Shown: positions 11,831 to 22,766 of the stretch, in pieces
Layout: each line of letters begins with the position of its first letter
How positions within the stretch are numbered: position 1 is the first letter of the stretch
Source of the DNA: Lama glama
Lineage: Eukaryota
DNA: 64,000 nucleotides
Reading direction: 5' to 3'
Assembly: GCA_028534125.1 (NCBI GenBank)
Contig: CM052817.1
Coordinates: 99,140,001-99,204,000 of the forward strand
Position numbers and translations under genes: made by a program
Notes under the pieces: model-generated
The model's database searches: none
What the model was told of the DNA's origin: nothing
What the model saw: the letters and a program-made list of their open reading frames with translations, nothing else

Positions 11831-14444
11831 CAGAGAAGTTATAATATCATTCACAAATTTTCAAAGACAATGTCTATAAGAAGAATAATCAAAATTAAGA
11901 GGAAAGAGAACTGTAATATTTAGTTTTATGCTCTCTGACACTAACAAGTAAGAGTCATAATGGTGACATTTGGGTGAAAGAAAAGTACCGATACATTAGG
12001 AACTGGGAATTTGTTCACACAGCAGAAAAATTTTGATCTAAGTTTCACTTACCCTAATTATACACTTCTGTCTTCAAATGCAAATGTTCTACCAAAAATT
12101 AAAAAATACTCAGATACAATCCAAATAAAATGAAGAAATCTTTACCTCAGCATGTTAATCTCAATACTATCCTAAGCTCTATCTCAGACTATGTTCTCAG
12201 TAGGAATCATCTACCTCCTGTCACAATTTAAAATAGTCTGAAGACAAAGTAAAATCACTCATTTCAGATCACAGATCTAGAATGGATTGCAAAAATCAAC
12301 TAGAGAGACCAACAATTGCAATACAGTTTTTGGAAGTCTCTTCAAGTGATGTCGGGTACAAACCTTCAAGGAACTTAACTCAAAATGGAATAGCTATTAG
12401 CCTCATTTGAAAAAATAGCATTTATCATCCAATTTCTGATGGTGAGAGTAACACATGTTCTTTGAAAAAAGAGTCATACTCATTTTTTCAGATGAGGGTA
12501 ATTACTAGCATGTTTAAAGTCATTTACATAGTAACAGACCAGGACCTAAAAAAGCAATGTTTTCTCCCAACTCCACTCCTTCCAACAACATACACTCAGT
12601 ATAAAGCTCTATCATTGAAAAAATGAGGCACACTTTGTCATTTAGAACAGTACTAGAGAGGGGAATGTGTAGGTTTAAATGATCAGCTTGCTATAAGTTT
12701 TGATTATTCACACAAAGATTTCACTCTTACTTAGGAAATACTGCCACACCCTCCCCAAAAGCCCCTTCTAGGGGAAAAAAGGTAAAAAAACTAGAAAATC
12801 TGGGAAATTGATCCGACTCTATTCCCATAAGTTTATGAATTAATTAAATAAACTATTGTATATTTTTAGAGTTATCACCATGGTATGGCTAGAAAAATTC
12901 AGAAGACTTCATGTATTCATAAAAATCAGTTACTGACCAAACACATATGTGGATAAGATAAGAAATCACCTATTCCGAGACCTTGGAAGTATTATCTAAA
13001 TCACTTTATACCTGTACATCTATGTATCTGCATCTATCAAAAAATAACATTAATACTACATGACACCACATTCACAAACTTCATTCATTTCTGCTAATAA
13101 TTAAAACTAAGACCTCAAAAGTATTCATCAATAAAAGAATGTTGGTTCTAAGAAGAAAAACTGTCACAATGCAATTATAGTGGAAAAATTTCCCATTTTC
13201 CATCTTTCCTACTTTCTTATGACAATATCTAATAAACCTTGATGACCTAAACAGAAGTCAGTAATAAATTCTTCTGGCTAGAAAAAAGTTCTAAATCCTA
13301 GGAAATTTTAGTACTTCATATTTTGTTCTTAAATTTTTATATTTTATATTACCTGTTTATCTAACTCCTATATCTAGCTAGCTTCTATTTCTATAGTTTT
13401 AAATTAAAAATTCATGCTAGACATTCGCTACAACCTAAATAAATGGTATCCTCTAAAAAGAAGTACAGTAAACATTTTCAGTGCACTGTCTGCCAGAAGA
13501 TAAAAGTGCTTAAGTTCTATAAGGGTTATACTTGCTGCATAAATCTTGAAATAATGTGTAGGTGAAATAATGTGCAGGTACTACAGGGTATTATACAATA
13601 TAAAAGAACGCTTTATCTCACAAACTGAAGTCTACCGTGACTTCATGCAGATAGATAGGAATAATATTAAATAAAACCTCTGTTTACCAAGTACCAACTA
13701 TAAATCAAATGCAGGTGATCTATGCACTGTGCTGTCTTAATGAAAAAAAGAAAAAAAATCCTTCAATTGTATGGATTCCAGCAGAGGAGAAAGCTTCCAA
13801 AGCAGAATGTTTTCTTTATTGAGGACTGACATGGGGATTTTACATCATGCTGAGTCACTAGAGTATCGTATGTATTATTTAATTATGTAAAATTATATTT
13901 ATGTAGTTAAGAACTTCTGCATGGTACTATTCAGTGTATTTCTCTACTTGCTTTTACAGACATCTAGATACCCAGCTTCATTCAACTGGTTATCACTTTG
14001 CATATTTTCAAAAATATAACTTTTCAACAGTCAATTATCCAAGAAATAATCAAGCTTTTCTTAGCTGTTGTTAGCTTGTTAACCATTTCTTTATTCACTT
14101 AGCATTTTTACCAGGAGTAAGTTATGAGGAAATCAATATCTAGTGTTAACCGCACTACCAGTTAAAACTCTAATAATAGAAAACTGGAAAACAATTAAAA
14201 TAAATGATATTGTTGGATACTAGAAGCCCTAAAACTCATCTCAGTAGCCACAGCATTTGGACAAACTTGTTCTGTTTTCCCCAAAAATCTAATTTAAAAA
14301 AAATTCAACAAATACTTGTTGAGTCCCAACTACGTACCAGATCTTGGTACATACAAATGAACTATGTTGGGTTCAGCCTAGAATATTTCTATGTTACAAT
14401 CAGGATAAGAAAATTATCAAACATCAATTACTACATAACTTTAA

Positions 14445-14640
14445 AATAGACAGCATTTATTACATTAGGTTACTGTGTTAGACATTCTCCTTTAATACAC
14501 ATTATCACCAACACTCACAACAACCCCGCCACAATTAAATACTGTTAGTTGCATTTTAAAGATGAAGAAACTAAGTCTTACCCACTGGTAGTAAATAGTA
14601 AGAGTCTATGTACTTCAAAGCCAATGAGCTTTTCACGTGA
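14445..14640 (-). mobile_element. MIR fragment
   Basis: ctcacaacaacccc...gcattttaaagatgaagaaactaag. Confidence 0.6.
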
Positions 14641-14744
14641 CATTTCCTCTAGAAACTCTTTTGGATACTGTTATAGCTATGATCAAAGTACTAATTAACC
14701 CTGCCTGGGAGGATTGAAGATTTCATTAAGCTTTCAATAGGATC

Positions 14745-15850
14745 TATTTTTGTAAGTTCCACGAGGACAACGGTTTGTGTCTGTAATTCACTGACCAAGC
14801 ACAGTAACTGAAACAAAGCAGGTACTTAATAAATAATCAATTAAAGAATGAACAAGACGACTTTTTTAAAGAAATTTAATTGATAGACAGGAGTCTGCTA
14901 GACAAAATGGAAAAGGCATCACAAGCAGAAGAAATAGCATGGACAAAGGCATGGAGACATAAAAAGGCATTTCTATCTAAAGAAGTTCGTCTGGGTAAGA
15001 AACATCATTTCAAGACAGCCTCAGAGTGGCAAAAGCTAAAGGAGGAAACAGATTAAGAATCAAGATTTCAAAAGTCCCAGCAGAGTTAACTAAAGTGGTT
15101 AACTTTGCCTATCACAGGAACAGAGAGACAACTAAACTTTCTTAATGTAGGAATCAGCCTTGTATGTTACATGGCAGCAAGACAAAATATGGAATGGGGA
15201 TGGAGTGTAGAGGCCAAGACATCAGAGACATATCTGAAGTGGAACAGGTAAGATCTGATGAGACAGTCAACATGAGAGGTGAGGGAAAAGGAGAAAATGA
15301 GAATAAACCTGAGGTTTGTGACCCAAAAACCAGTAGTGAGGGGATAAAGATGCTATTTCACTGAAATAATGCAGGTTAAGTAGATATGGCTGGGGAGAAT
15401 CACCATATCCTGGATACCTAATAATTTCTAGGTGGGTATGTCTAATAAGTAAGCAGTATAACTTAGGAACTCAAAAAAGCAGCCTGGGTTTGAGAAACAA
15501 AATTGGGAGATTGATCAGCCTTGGAAGTCAGTAGAATTAGATAATCGTCTAACAAAAATTTATTAAGTGCTTATGAAAAAAGCTAGGTTTTATGCTAGAT
15601 CCACAGAAAAGTATATTGAAAGGACAGAAAAAGTAAAAATAAAATCTGGGAAATAACCGTATTTTAAAAAGATACAGAAAGGAGGGAAGAAATAGAGAAG
15701 AAAGTAACTGCTTACAATCAGTAAGATAGTAGAAGAACCAAAACAGAATGGTGTTCAAAAAGACAAAGAAGCAAAAACTCTTCAAAGCAGTGAGTGAGTA
15801 GGGAGCAAGATTTAATTCTGCATAAAAATGTCAAGGATGAAGAATGAAGA
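14745..15850. mobile_element. Degenerate L2 LINE fragments in both orientations
   Basis: Plus-strand L2 tail (gtaagttccacgaggaca...gcaggtacttaataaata...aatgaa) followed by a purine-rich minus-strand L2 body. Confidence 0.55.
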
Positions 15851-16489
15851 GATGCTTTTGTTTTTATGTTTTAAATTATGTTTTATGATACATAATTTAT
15901 ATACCATAAAGTTCACCTGTTTAAAGTGTACAGTTCAATGGTTTTTAGTATATATACAAAGTTGTGCAACCATCACAATAATCTAATTTTAAAATATGTT
16001 TTTTCCTCCCAAAAGAAATCCCATACCCACTCCCAGTCACTCTGTATTCTCCCTTCCATGGGAGTGGGTACGTACAGGATTTCACAGTATACAAATTAGA
16101 AGGTTAGGTGAATGTGTCTGCTTTGGCCTGGAGCTATTGAAGTTTGGAACAATCGTAAAACAAGTCAAACTGTAGGTGACTGGTAAAAGGCATTTTTATT
16201 AATATTAGAACTTTTTGGAGAGCTTAAAAGACTATGAGAATGCATTTTTTTTCCTTTGACATTTCTACTATCTCTAAGGTTACCAAAGAGCTGAGTCAAA
16301 ATGATCTTTTAAGAGAGATTCTTAAAAATCAAACTTAAAACTAATTCATACTATAAAATATATAGCAGCTTAAGTTTTAGAGTAATTTATATTAAAAACC
16401 ACCAGTCTAAAATTTTTCAATATGACATAAAAATATTTTGACTTCATTTCTCTTAAAGTATTTAAAGCTAATCATCTTAGCTCTACCAT

Positions 16490-16661
16490 GTACTATGCAC
16501 AGGGAACTATATTCAACATCTTGTAATAACCTATAATGAAAAACAACCTGAAAAACGAACAAATTTATAGATATAGATATATAACTGAATCACTCTGCTG
16601 TACACCTGAAACTAACACAACTACACTAAGTGTAAATCAACTACACTTAAATAAAAAAAAA
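16490..16661 (+). mobile_element. 5'-truncated cetartiodactyl-type L1 3' end with poly(A)
   Basis: cacagggaactatattcaacatcttgtaataacctataatg...ataactgaatcactctgctgtacacctgaaactaacac...tgtaaatcaactacacttaaataaaaaaaaa. Confidence 0.85.
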
Positions 16662-16881
16662 TTTTAAATACCTTTAACAGCCCCTGGCAATGATTAGGTC
16701 ACTATCTTTCTCTACAGATTTATCTATTCTGGATATTTTACATAAATGGAATCATACAGTATGTAGAATTTTGTGACTGGCTTCTTTCACTTAGCATGTT
16801 TCTGAGGTTCATCCAAGTTGTAGCATTTAACACTATTACATTCATTTTCATTGCTGAAAAATATTTCATTGTATCGATATA

Positions 16882-17160
16882 CAAATGATCTCTGAACAAC
16901 ACAGATTTGGACTACATGAGTCCACGTATATGCAGACGTTATTCAATAAATACAGAGCTAAATAATTCCTTGGTTGGGTGAATCTGCAAATGCTGACCCA
17001 GGGATATGGAGAGTGGACCATGGAACTTGAGCATCTTCGGATTTCAGTATCCAGCACAGGCCCTGGAACCAATCCCCTACAGATAGCAACAGATTTTCAG
17101 CTGGGTTGGGGGAGTTGTTACATCAGCACCTCTAACCCCCTCAAGTTCAAGGGTCAACTA
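16882..17160. mobile_element. Tigger2-derived non-autonomous DNA transposon (TcMar-Tigger)
   Basis: Degenerate TIRs (caaatgatctctgaacaacac / gttcaagggtcaacta) with TA on both sides (16880-16881 and 17161-17162). It splits the L1 motif ttgtatcgatata|ttgcatttttg. Confidence 0.8.
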
Positions 17161-17261
17161 TATTGCATTTTTGTTTTTCCATTCATCAGTTCATGGACAT
17201 CTGAACTGTTTCCATTTAAGGGGGATCTTCGGGTTTCATAATTACAAAATTTAAGGACCCA

Positions 17262-17866
17262 CTCGGTTACTCATCTAACAGTCACTTCTCTCCCTTTTCC
17301 TTATGATTGCAATTTTCCTAATTACTCTTTCCTAAAACTTATAATTTTGAACACTGTAATATCCATCACTTCTTAAATGCTTCAGTGACTTATAGAAAAC
17401 TGATTCTAAGCCAATTATGTTAATCCTGTCATTGTTCCAGTGATTGGTTTCAGAATCTAGCTTTGAGCCAAATGTGGCTTAAATTTTGCCTGGCAATTAC
17501 TTTTTCACCAATCTGAAATGCAAAACTCTTGTTCAGTAGTAAATGCAAAACTCTTGTTCAGCAGTTGAGATGGACAGAATTGTGCCTTTCTCCTGACTGA
17601 CTGGAACAAGGAAATATCAAACTCAGTTGCTGGCAACTGTAACACAGAAGAAGCCAGACTGGGGGAAGGGGGGTAGTTTATACATCTAGGGACACAAAAC
17701 TGAAAGAACTGCAGAGAAATGGAGCTGAAGACCTGCCCCAACACCTTTACACAGGTACATTTCTTATTATGAATGTAATATACTTCTTCACAGTTAATTA
17801 AGTGAAGAATTTCACTTCAGTTAGAGCTAGGTTTACTTGCTTTTGAAACCATTTAACAAGATACAA
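17262..17866 (+). mobile_element. Old MaLR LTR (MLT1J/K-like)
   Basis: ctaagccaatt...ccagtgattggtttcag, with 3' end gttagagctaggtttacttgc...aagataca. Confidence 0.5.
17516..17565 (+). repeat. 25-bp tandem duplication
   Basis: aaatgcaaaactcttgttcagtagt / aaatgcaaaactcttgttcagcagt. Confidence 0.9.
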
Positions 17867-19034
17867 AGATTACTGGTGATGCCATTAGCCACTTGATTAT
17901 AGTTGTGAAAGAAAATCAGACAGTACTGAACTCATGCTTCAGTGAAGACAGTTAATATTGACTCTGTTTTAAAAATTTTTAACAATGAAGGGGAGATAGG
18001 AAGGTAATTTAAAGAGAGTAAAGAACGGACTTAAGCATGTTCACAGGTGGAAAAGACAAAGTCCAAAGAAAGAGAAGACAGCGGGGGGAGGAGGGCAGGA
18101 GCAGGTTTTAGAAAGACAGAAGATGTACGATCCTGTGAGAAGAGCATGATTACCTTGGAAGTAAACAAAGTCACCTCCTTCTCTGTGACAAGATGATGTA
18201 AGACTGTATTTTAATAAATGAGTGTAGGGCTGAAGAGAAGGAAAAACTGAAGGCCTGATTTTGACCTGGTTGTTTCTATTTCCTCTATTAAATAGTAGGG
18301 TTTTGACTAAAGAATAGAACAGAGGAATAAATTTTAGAAGAGTTGTCTTGGGGAATATGAAAGAAAGCTGACTATAGGAAAGTGTAAGGATGACTGAGTA
18401 GTTATGAGTGTCTAACAGAGGCTGGAAACCATTCATCTAGAGCAGCACTATTCTGTACGACAGTGATCTCCCTGGCCCCCAGCTCTACCGAGTAACCTTA
18501 GAACAAGAGTAAAAAGAGCAGTTGGCTAAACTGACTCAAGATTTAGGACTAATTTGGCTCGCAGGCCAGAATAAGGCAGGTTAAGGAAAATGAGTAGGAA
18601 AATGGAGAATGTTTGAGATGGGTAAGGACAGTAAACCCATGATCTTCCTGGACCTCAATAAAATAAACAACTAAATTTAATTGACTCATTGGGAAACCAA
18701 ATTTACCCTGCTTCCCAAGTCACTTATAGTGATGGTAATACGGTTTCTCAATTAATTAATCAATATATCTAATCAATGTATCTAGTCCTTTTATTTGATG
18801 CTGTTATGAGTTTTCAACTTGTATTAAAACATGCCTAGAATGAAAGAATGGAGGCTTACACTGTATTCGGAGCCTGTTTCCAGGCTTCAAGCTGTAGGAT
18901 CACAGTAGCAAACAGTAACAGGGCTGGACAACATGCATGTAGGGAGCAACCTGAAGCTGAGGAAGACAGGACCTCACTCTCTTGAGAAACATATTGCATT
19001 ATGCTCCTGGAAAGGGGATGGGAACTAAAATTTA

Positions 19035-19225
19035 CTGATCGCCAATAACGTAGCACATGGCACTCTATTAAGTATTTTACATATAATCTCATTTAATTCC
19101 CAAAGTAACTTTATAAATTAGGAATATAATCCCAATTTAACAGGTGAAGAATTGAGGCCCATGGTGAAGTCATTTAGTTACCAAGAAGCAGAGCTAGATC
19201 TCACATCTGTGACTTTCCATTACCA
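19035..19225 (-). mobile_element. MIR SINE
   Basis: tattttacatataatctcatttaattcc...caggtgaagaattgaggccc. Confidence 0.75.
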
Positions 19226-20294
19226 AAGGATTTTGGTAATGCTACTTTCACGCTACTTTGGGTAAGATGTTCACATTAGTCTCATAAATATATTCATTAT
19301 GACAGTTTACTGTATTGGTATGAATTTTAACATCTCTTTTATAAAATGACAGATTAGAATGAGACCAAGATTTTTTATAAATCAAAGAAAAACTACAAGC
19401 ACACATTCCAGTAAAGTACAATGACAAAATATGCAATTTTTCCAGCATTAGCCCCACCCAGAATTGAAATAGCAGGCTATTAGACTGTGGGTGAGGGAAG
19501 AGTTATTAAGACTCTGTTGCTCTTTAACAAATAAGTAAAATGAAGGTAAAGACTAGGTATTTAGGTGCTATGTAGTATAGGTCAGCATTTGTAACTGAAA
19601 AGCCTGGAAGCTATTAATATTCACTGAATGTTTCTAGTAGCTCCTATCACTTGCCCCATACGTGTAAGAACTACATGGTTTATAAGCATGTACGTGAACT
19701 CAGAGTCAAGCACCACTGTTTGGCATTAGGATATCCATTTCCCTGAAACCAGGCCTTATATTACATTTTTGTTGGTGTTGTTCTCAAGATAGCTTATAAG
19801 TTATAGGGAGAGAAGGAAAAAACAAAGAAATTATCTGCTTCCATTGTATGACATTTTAATCTTTAAACAAATAATTTAAAGGCTGAAATGAACCAGCAAC
19901 CCATCATAATCCAACACCTCCTGCCTTTAATTCTGAACTCTCAGGAAAATACTGGTGAAGACAAATAGCTGATTTTAACTTGCCAAACGGGGGAAAAAAA
20001 AACATATATATATATATGGGGGGGCAGACACACTGTGCTTTGCAAGCTAGATAAATTAACAAAAAGTATGTGCTCCTTATCCACAGGGGAGAACGGGCTT
20101 ATTATGTTACACTTCCAGGTTTTTAAGACAGTTGGAAGCCAGTTCTTTCAATAGTTGCTGTCATCTCCTAGAAACTTTCTAGTACTTTCAATTTTGAAGC
20201 AATTATTCACATTCGGAAGTGATTTATTTTCCTCCCTTTCTTTACTGCAGTTCATTTTTTCTGGCTCTCAATAACTAGTTCTGCTTTGGCTTAA

Positions 20295-21225
20295 TTAGAT
20301 TCATTTACAGATTTTTTTTGAGTGTCTACTGCTATTTGGAAAGCACCGCTTGAGGTGCTATAAGGGAGACTCATATGAGGAAAATACTGTCTCTAATCTT
20401 AAGGCATTTATAATCTAAAAAAATGGGATGAAATAAGCAAACAAAGAATTACATGGCATAAGATTCATGCTGTAAGAAAAGTAAAACTTCAGAGCTTTGG
20501 AAATTCAAAAAAAAGAGTAAGTGGTCACATATGTTTTAAAGGGATCAGGAAATTTTGTAAAGAGCAAGAGATTTTCGAGGAAGGTCCCTAAGTATGGGTC
20601 AAGTTTCAACTTATATAAAAGGAAGAAGGTAGCATTGTAGGAAAATTAAGCAATCTTATTTGGTTGTTCCCAGTAGGAAATGAGGTATAAAAGAAAGGTT
20701 GGAGCCTGGCCATACCATAAAAGACTAGGGATGAAAAATTAACAAGTTTATATTTCATTTATTCACTCACTTATTTAATCAACAAACACTTACTGAGCAC
20801 CAATGATGCACAAGGGCCTGTGCCAGACACTGAAGAGTTAAAGAATCATTTGATGAGAAAGAGAGTCATTATTCTCAATCACCTCACAGATATATGAAGA
20901 AACAGATATATGAAGAGAAAATGTTAATATATTCAAAACCTCCCCTGGGAACACAATGGAGGGGCCTTATCCAACGTAACAGAAGGGTACTTGGAAGGCC
21001 ATAACAGGCCAATTGAGTCTAAGAATTAACAGATGTGAACCAGGAAAATAAGAAAAGGAAAAGTATTCTTTCTGAAGGAATAGCATTAGCAAAGCCAAAT
21101 AAGTAAGAAACTACTGGAAATGTGCCAACGTTAAGTGTTTCCAGAATTTGGGAAGAGTATAATGCAAAAGGTGGTCAAAGAAGAGGCTACAGAAATAGGC
21201 AGAAGCCAGATCATGGAGAACTGAG
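20295..21225 (-). mobile_element. Two L2 LINE 3' fragments
   Basis: attcattt...ttgagtgtctact at ~20300, and ttcatttattcactcacttatttaatcaacaaacacttactgagcacc...tgtgccagacactg at ~20755. Confidence 0.65.
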
Positions 21226-21354
21226 AAGTCTGACTCCTGGAGTACGTGTGATATTTTTTCAGGCCTGACCACAGACAATTTAAAGGCTTTACTCACCAAG
21301 CATCCAGGGGGAAGCTGCCTTTACCCTCAAACCACACTTGGCGTGCATCTCATG

Positions 21355-22482
21355 AAGTGTTAATATCCAAGATATATGTAAAGAACTCATATAACTCAAT
21401 AGCAAAAAAACCAAATAAGCAATTTAAAAATGGGCAAATGACCTGAATAGTCATTTCTTCAAAGAAAAAATATACAAAAGACCAACATGTACATGAAAAG
21501 AAGCTCAAAAAAAAAAAACCATTAGTCATTAGGGAAATGTAAATTAAAACAACGAGATATCACGTCACACCTGTTAGAACGACCATCATCAAAAAGGTAA
21601 GATAAACGTTGTGGATGTGGAGAAAAGGGAACCCTTATGCACTGTTTGTGGGATTGTAAATTGACACAGCCTTTACGGAAAACACTATGGAGGATCCTCA
21701 AAATATTAGAAATAGAACTATCCTATGATCCAACAATTCCACTTCTGGAAGTATAGCCAAAGGAAACAAAATCACTAGCTCAAAAAGATATCTGTACTCC
21801 TGTGTTCATAGCAGCATTATGTATAATAGCCAAGATATGGAAATAACCCAAGTGTCCATCAGTGGATGACTGAATAAAGAAGTTGTGGTATACATACACA
21901 ATGAAATTTTACTCAGCCATAAAAAAAAAAGAGGAAATGTTACCATTTGCAACAAAATGGATGGAACTTGAAGGCATCACACTAAGTGAAATAGACAGAG
22001 AAAGACAAATACTGTATGAGCTCATTTATATGTGGAATTCAAAAAAACCCTAAAAACCAAACAACAGCAACAACAAACCAAAAAAACATATTTATATAAA
22101 AAGAGATCATACTTGTAATTACCAAAAAAGGAGCAGGGGGGAAAAGGGAACTGGAGGAAGGTGGTCAAAAGTTACAAACATCCAGTTATAAGATAAATAA
22201 GTGCTAGGGATATGATGTACAACAGGATGAACATAGCTAACACTGCTGTAGGATATACAGGAAAGTTGTTGAGAGTAACTCCCAAGAGTTCTCACTAAAG
22301 AAAAAAACTTTTTCCTTTCTTTTCTTTTTATTGTATCTACAGGAGATGATAAATGTTAGTTGAACCTACTGTAATCATTTCACAATATATGTAAATGAAA
22401 CTATCACGCTGTATGCTTTAAACTTATACAGCGAAGTATATCAATTATTTCTCAATAAAACTAGAAAAAGTAACAAAAAAAG
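21355..22482 (+). mobile_element. L1MA-type LINE-1 3' portion (ORF2 C-terminus and 3'UTR)
   Basis: aaatgggcaaatgacctgaatag, agggaaatgtaaattaaaac, ggagaaaagggaaccctta, cctatgatccaacaattccacttctg, aagtgtccatcagtggatga; ends ctcaataaaactagaaaaa. Confidence 0.93.
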
Positions 22483-22706
22483 TAAATTACTATGAAATCT
22501 TAATCACTCACTGAAAATTCTGAAATCATCATTACACTAAGGGTTCATATTCAGTATCACACATCATTAATAAAATAAATAAGAGACCATAGTTTTCACA
22601 TGAATTGTTTTCATCTAAGTCAAACACTAATTTACAGAGAATAGTGGCACTAGATTTAAGTACTTAAGCGCACATGTCAAATAAGTATTCATAAGAAACA
22701 ACCAAT

Positions 22707-22766
22707 TTTTAACACACCAACATTTTAACACACCAACATTTCAAATTTTAACACACCAACATTTCA
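22707..22766 (+). repeat. Triplicated 16-mer ttttaacacaccaaca
   Basis: Exact copies at 22707, 22723 and 22746. Confidence 0.9.

Larger units (their letters stand above)
15865..17215 (-). mobile_element. L1MB-type 3' end, interrupted by a ~620-bp compound insertion (16058-16677) and a Tigger2-type MITE
   Basis: aagttcacctgtttaaagtgtacagttcaatggtttttagtatat...gttgtgcaaccatcac. The L1 resumes at 16678 (cagcccctggcaa...ataaatggaatcatacagtatg...cttctttcacttagcatg) and again at 17161. Confidence 0.85.

Noticed and set aside
22707..22766. CRISPR-like repeat array
   Set aside because: The 16-nt units have 0- and 7-nt gaps, no unique spacers and no cas genes, in a eukaryotic intron.
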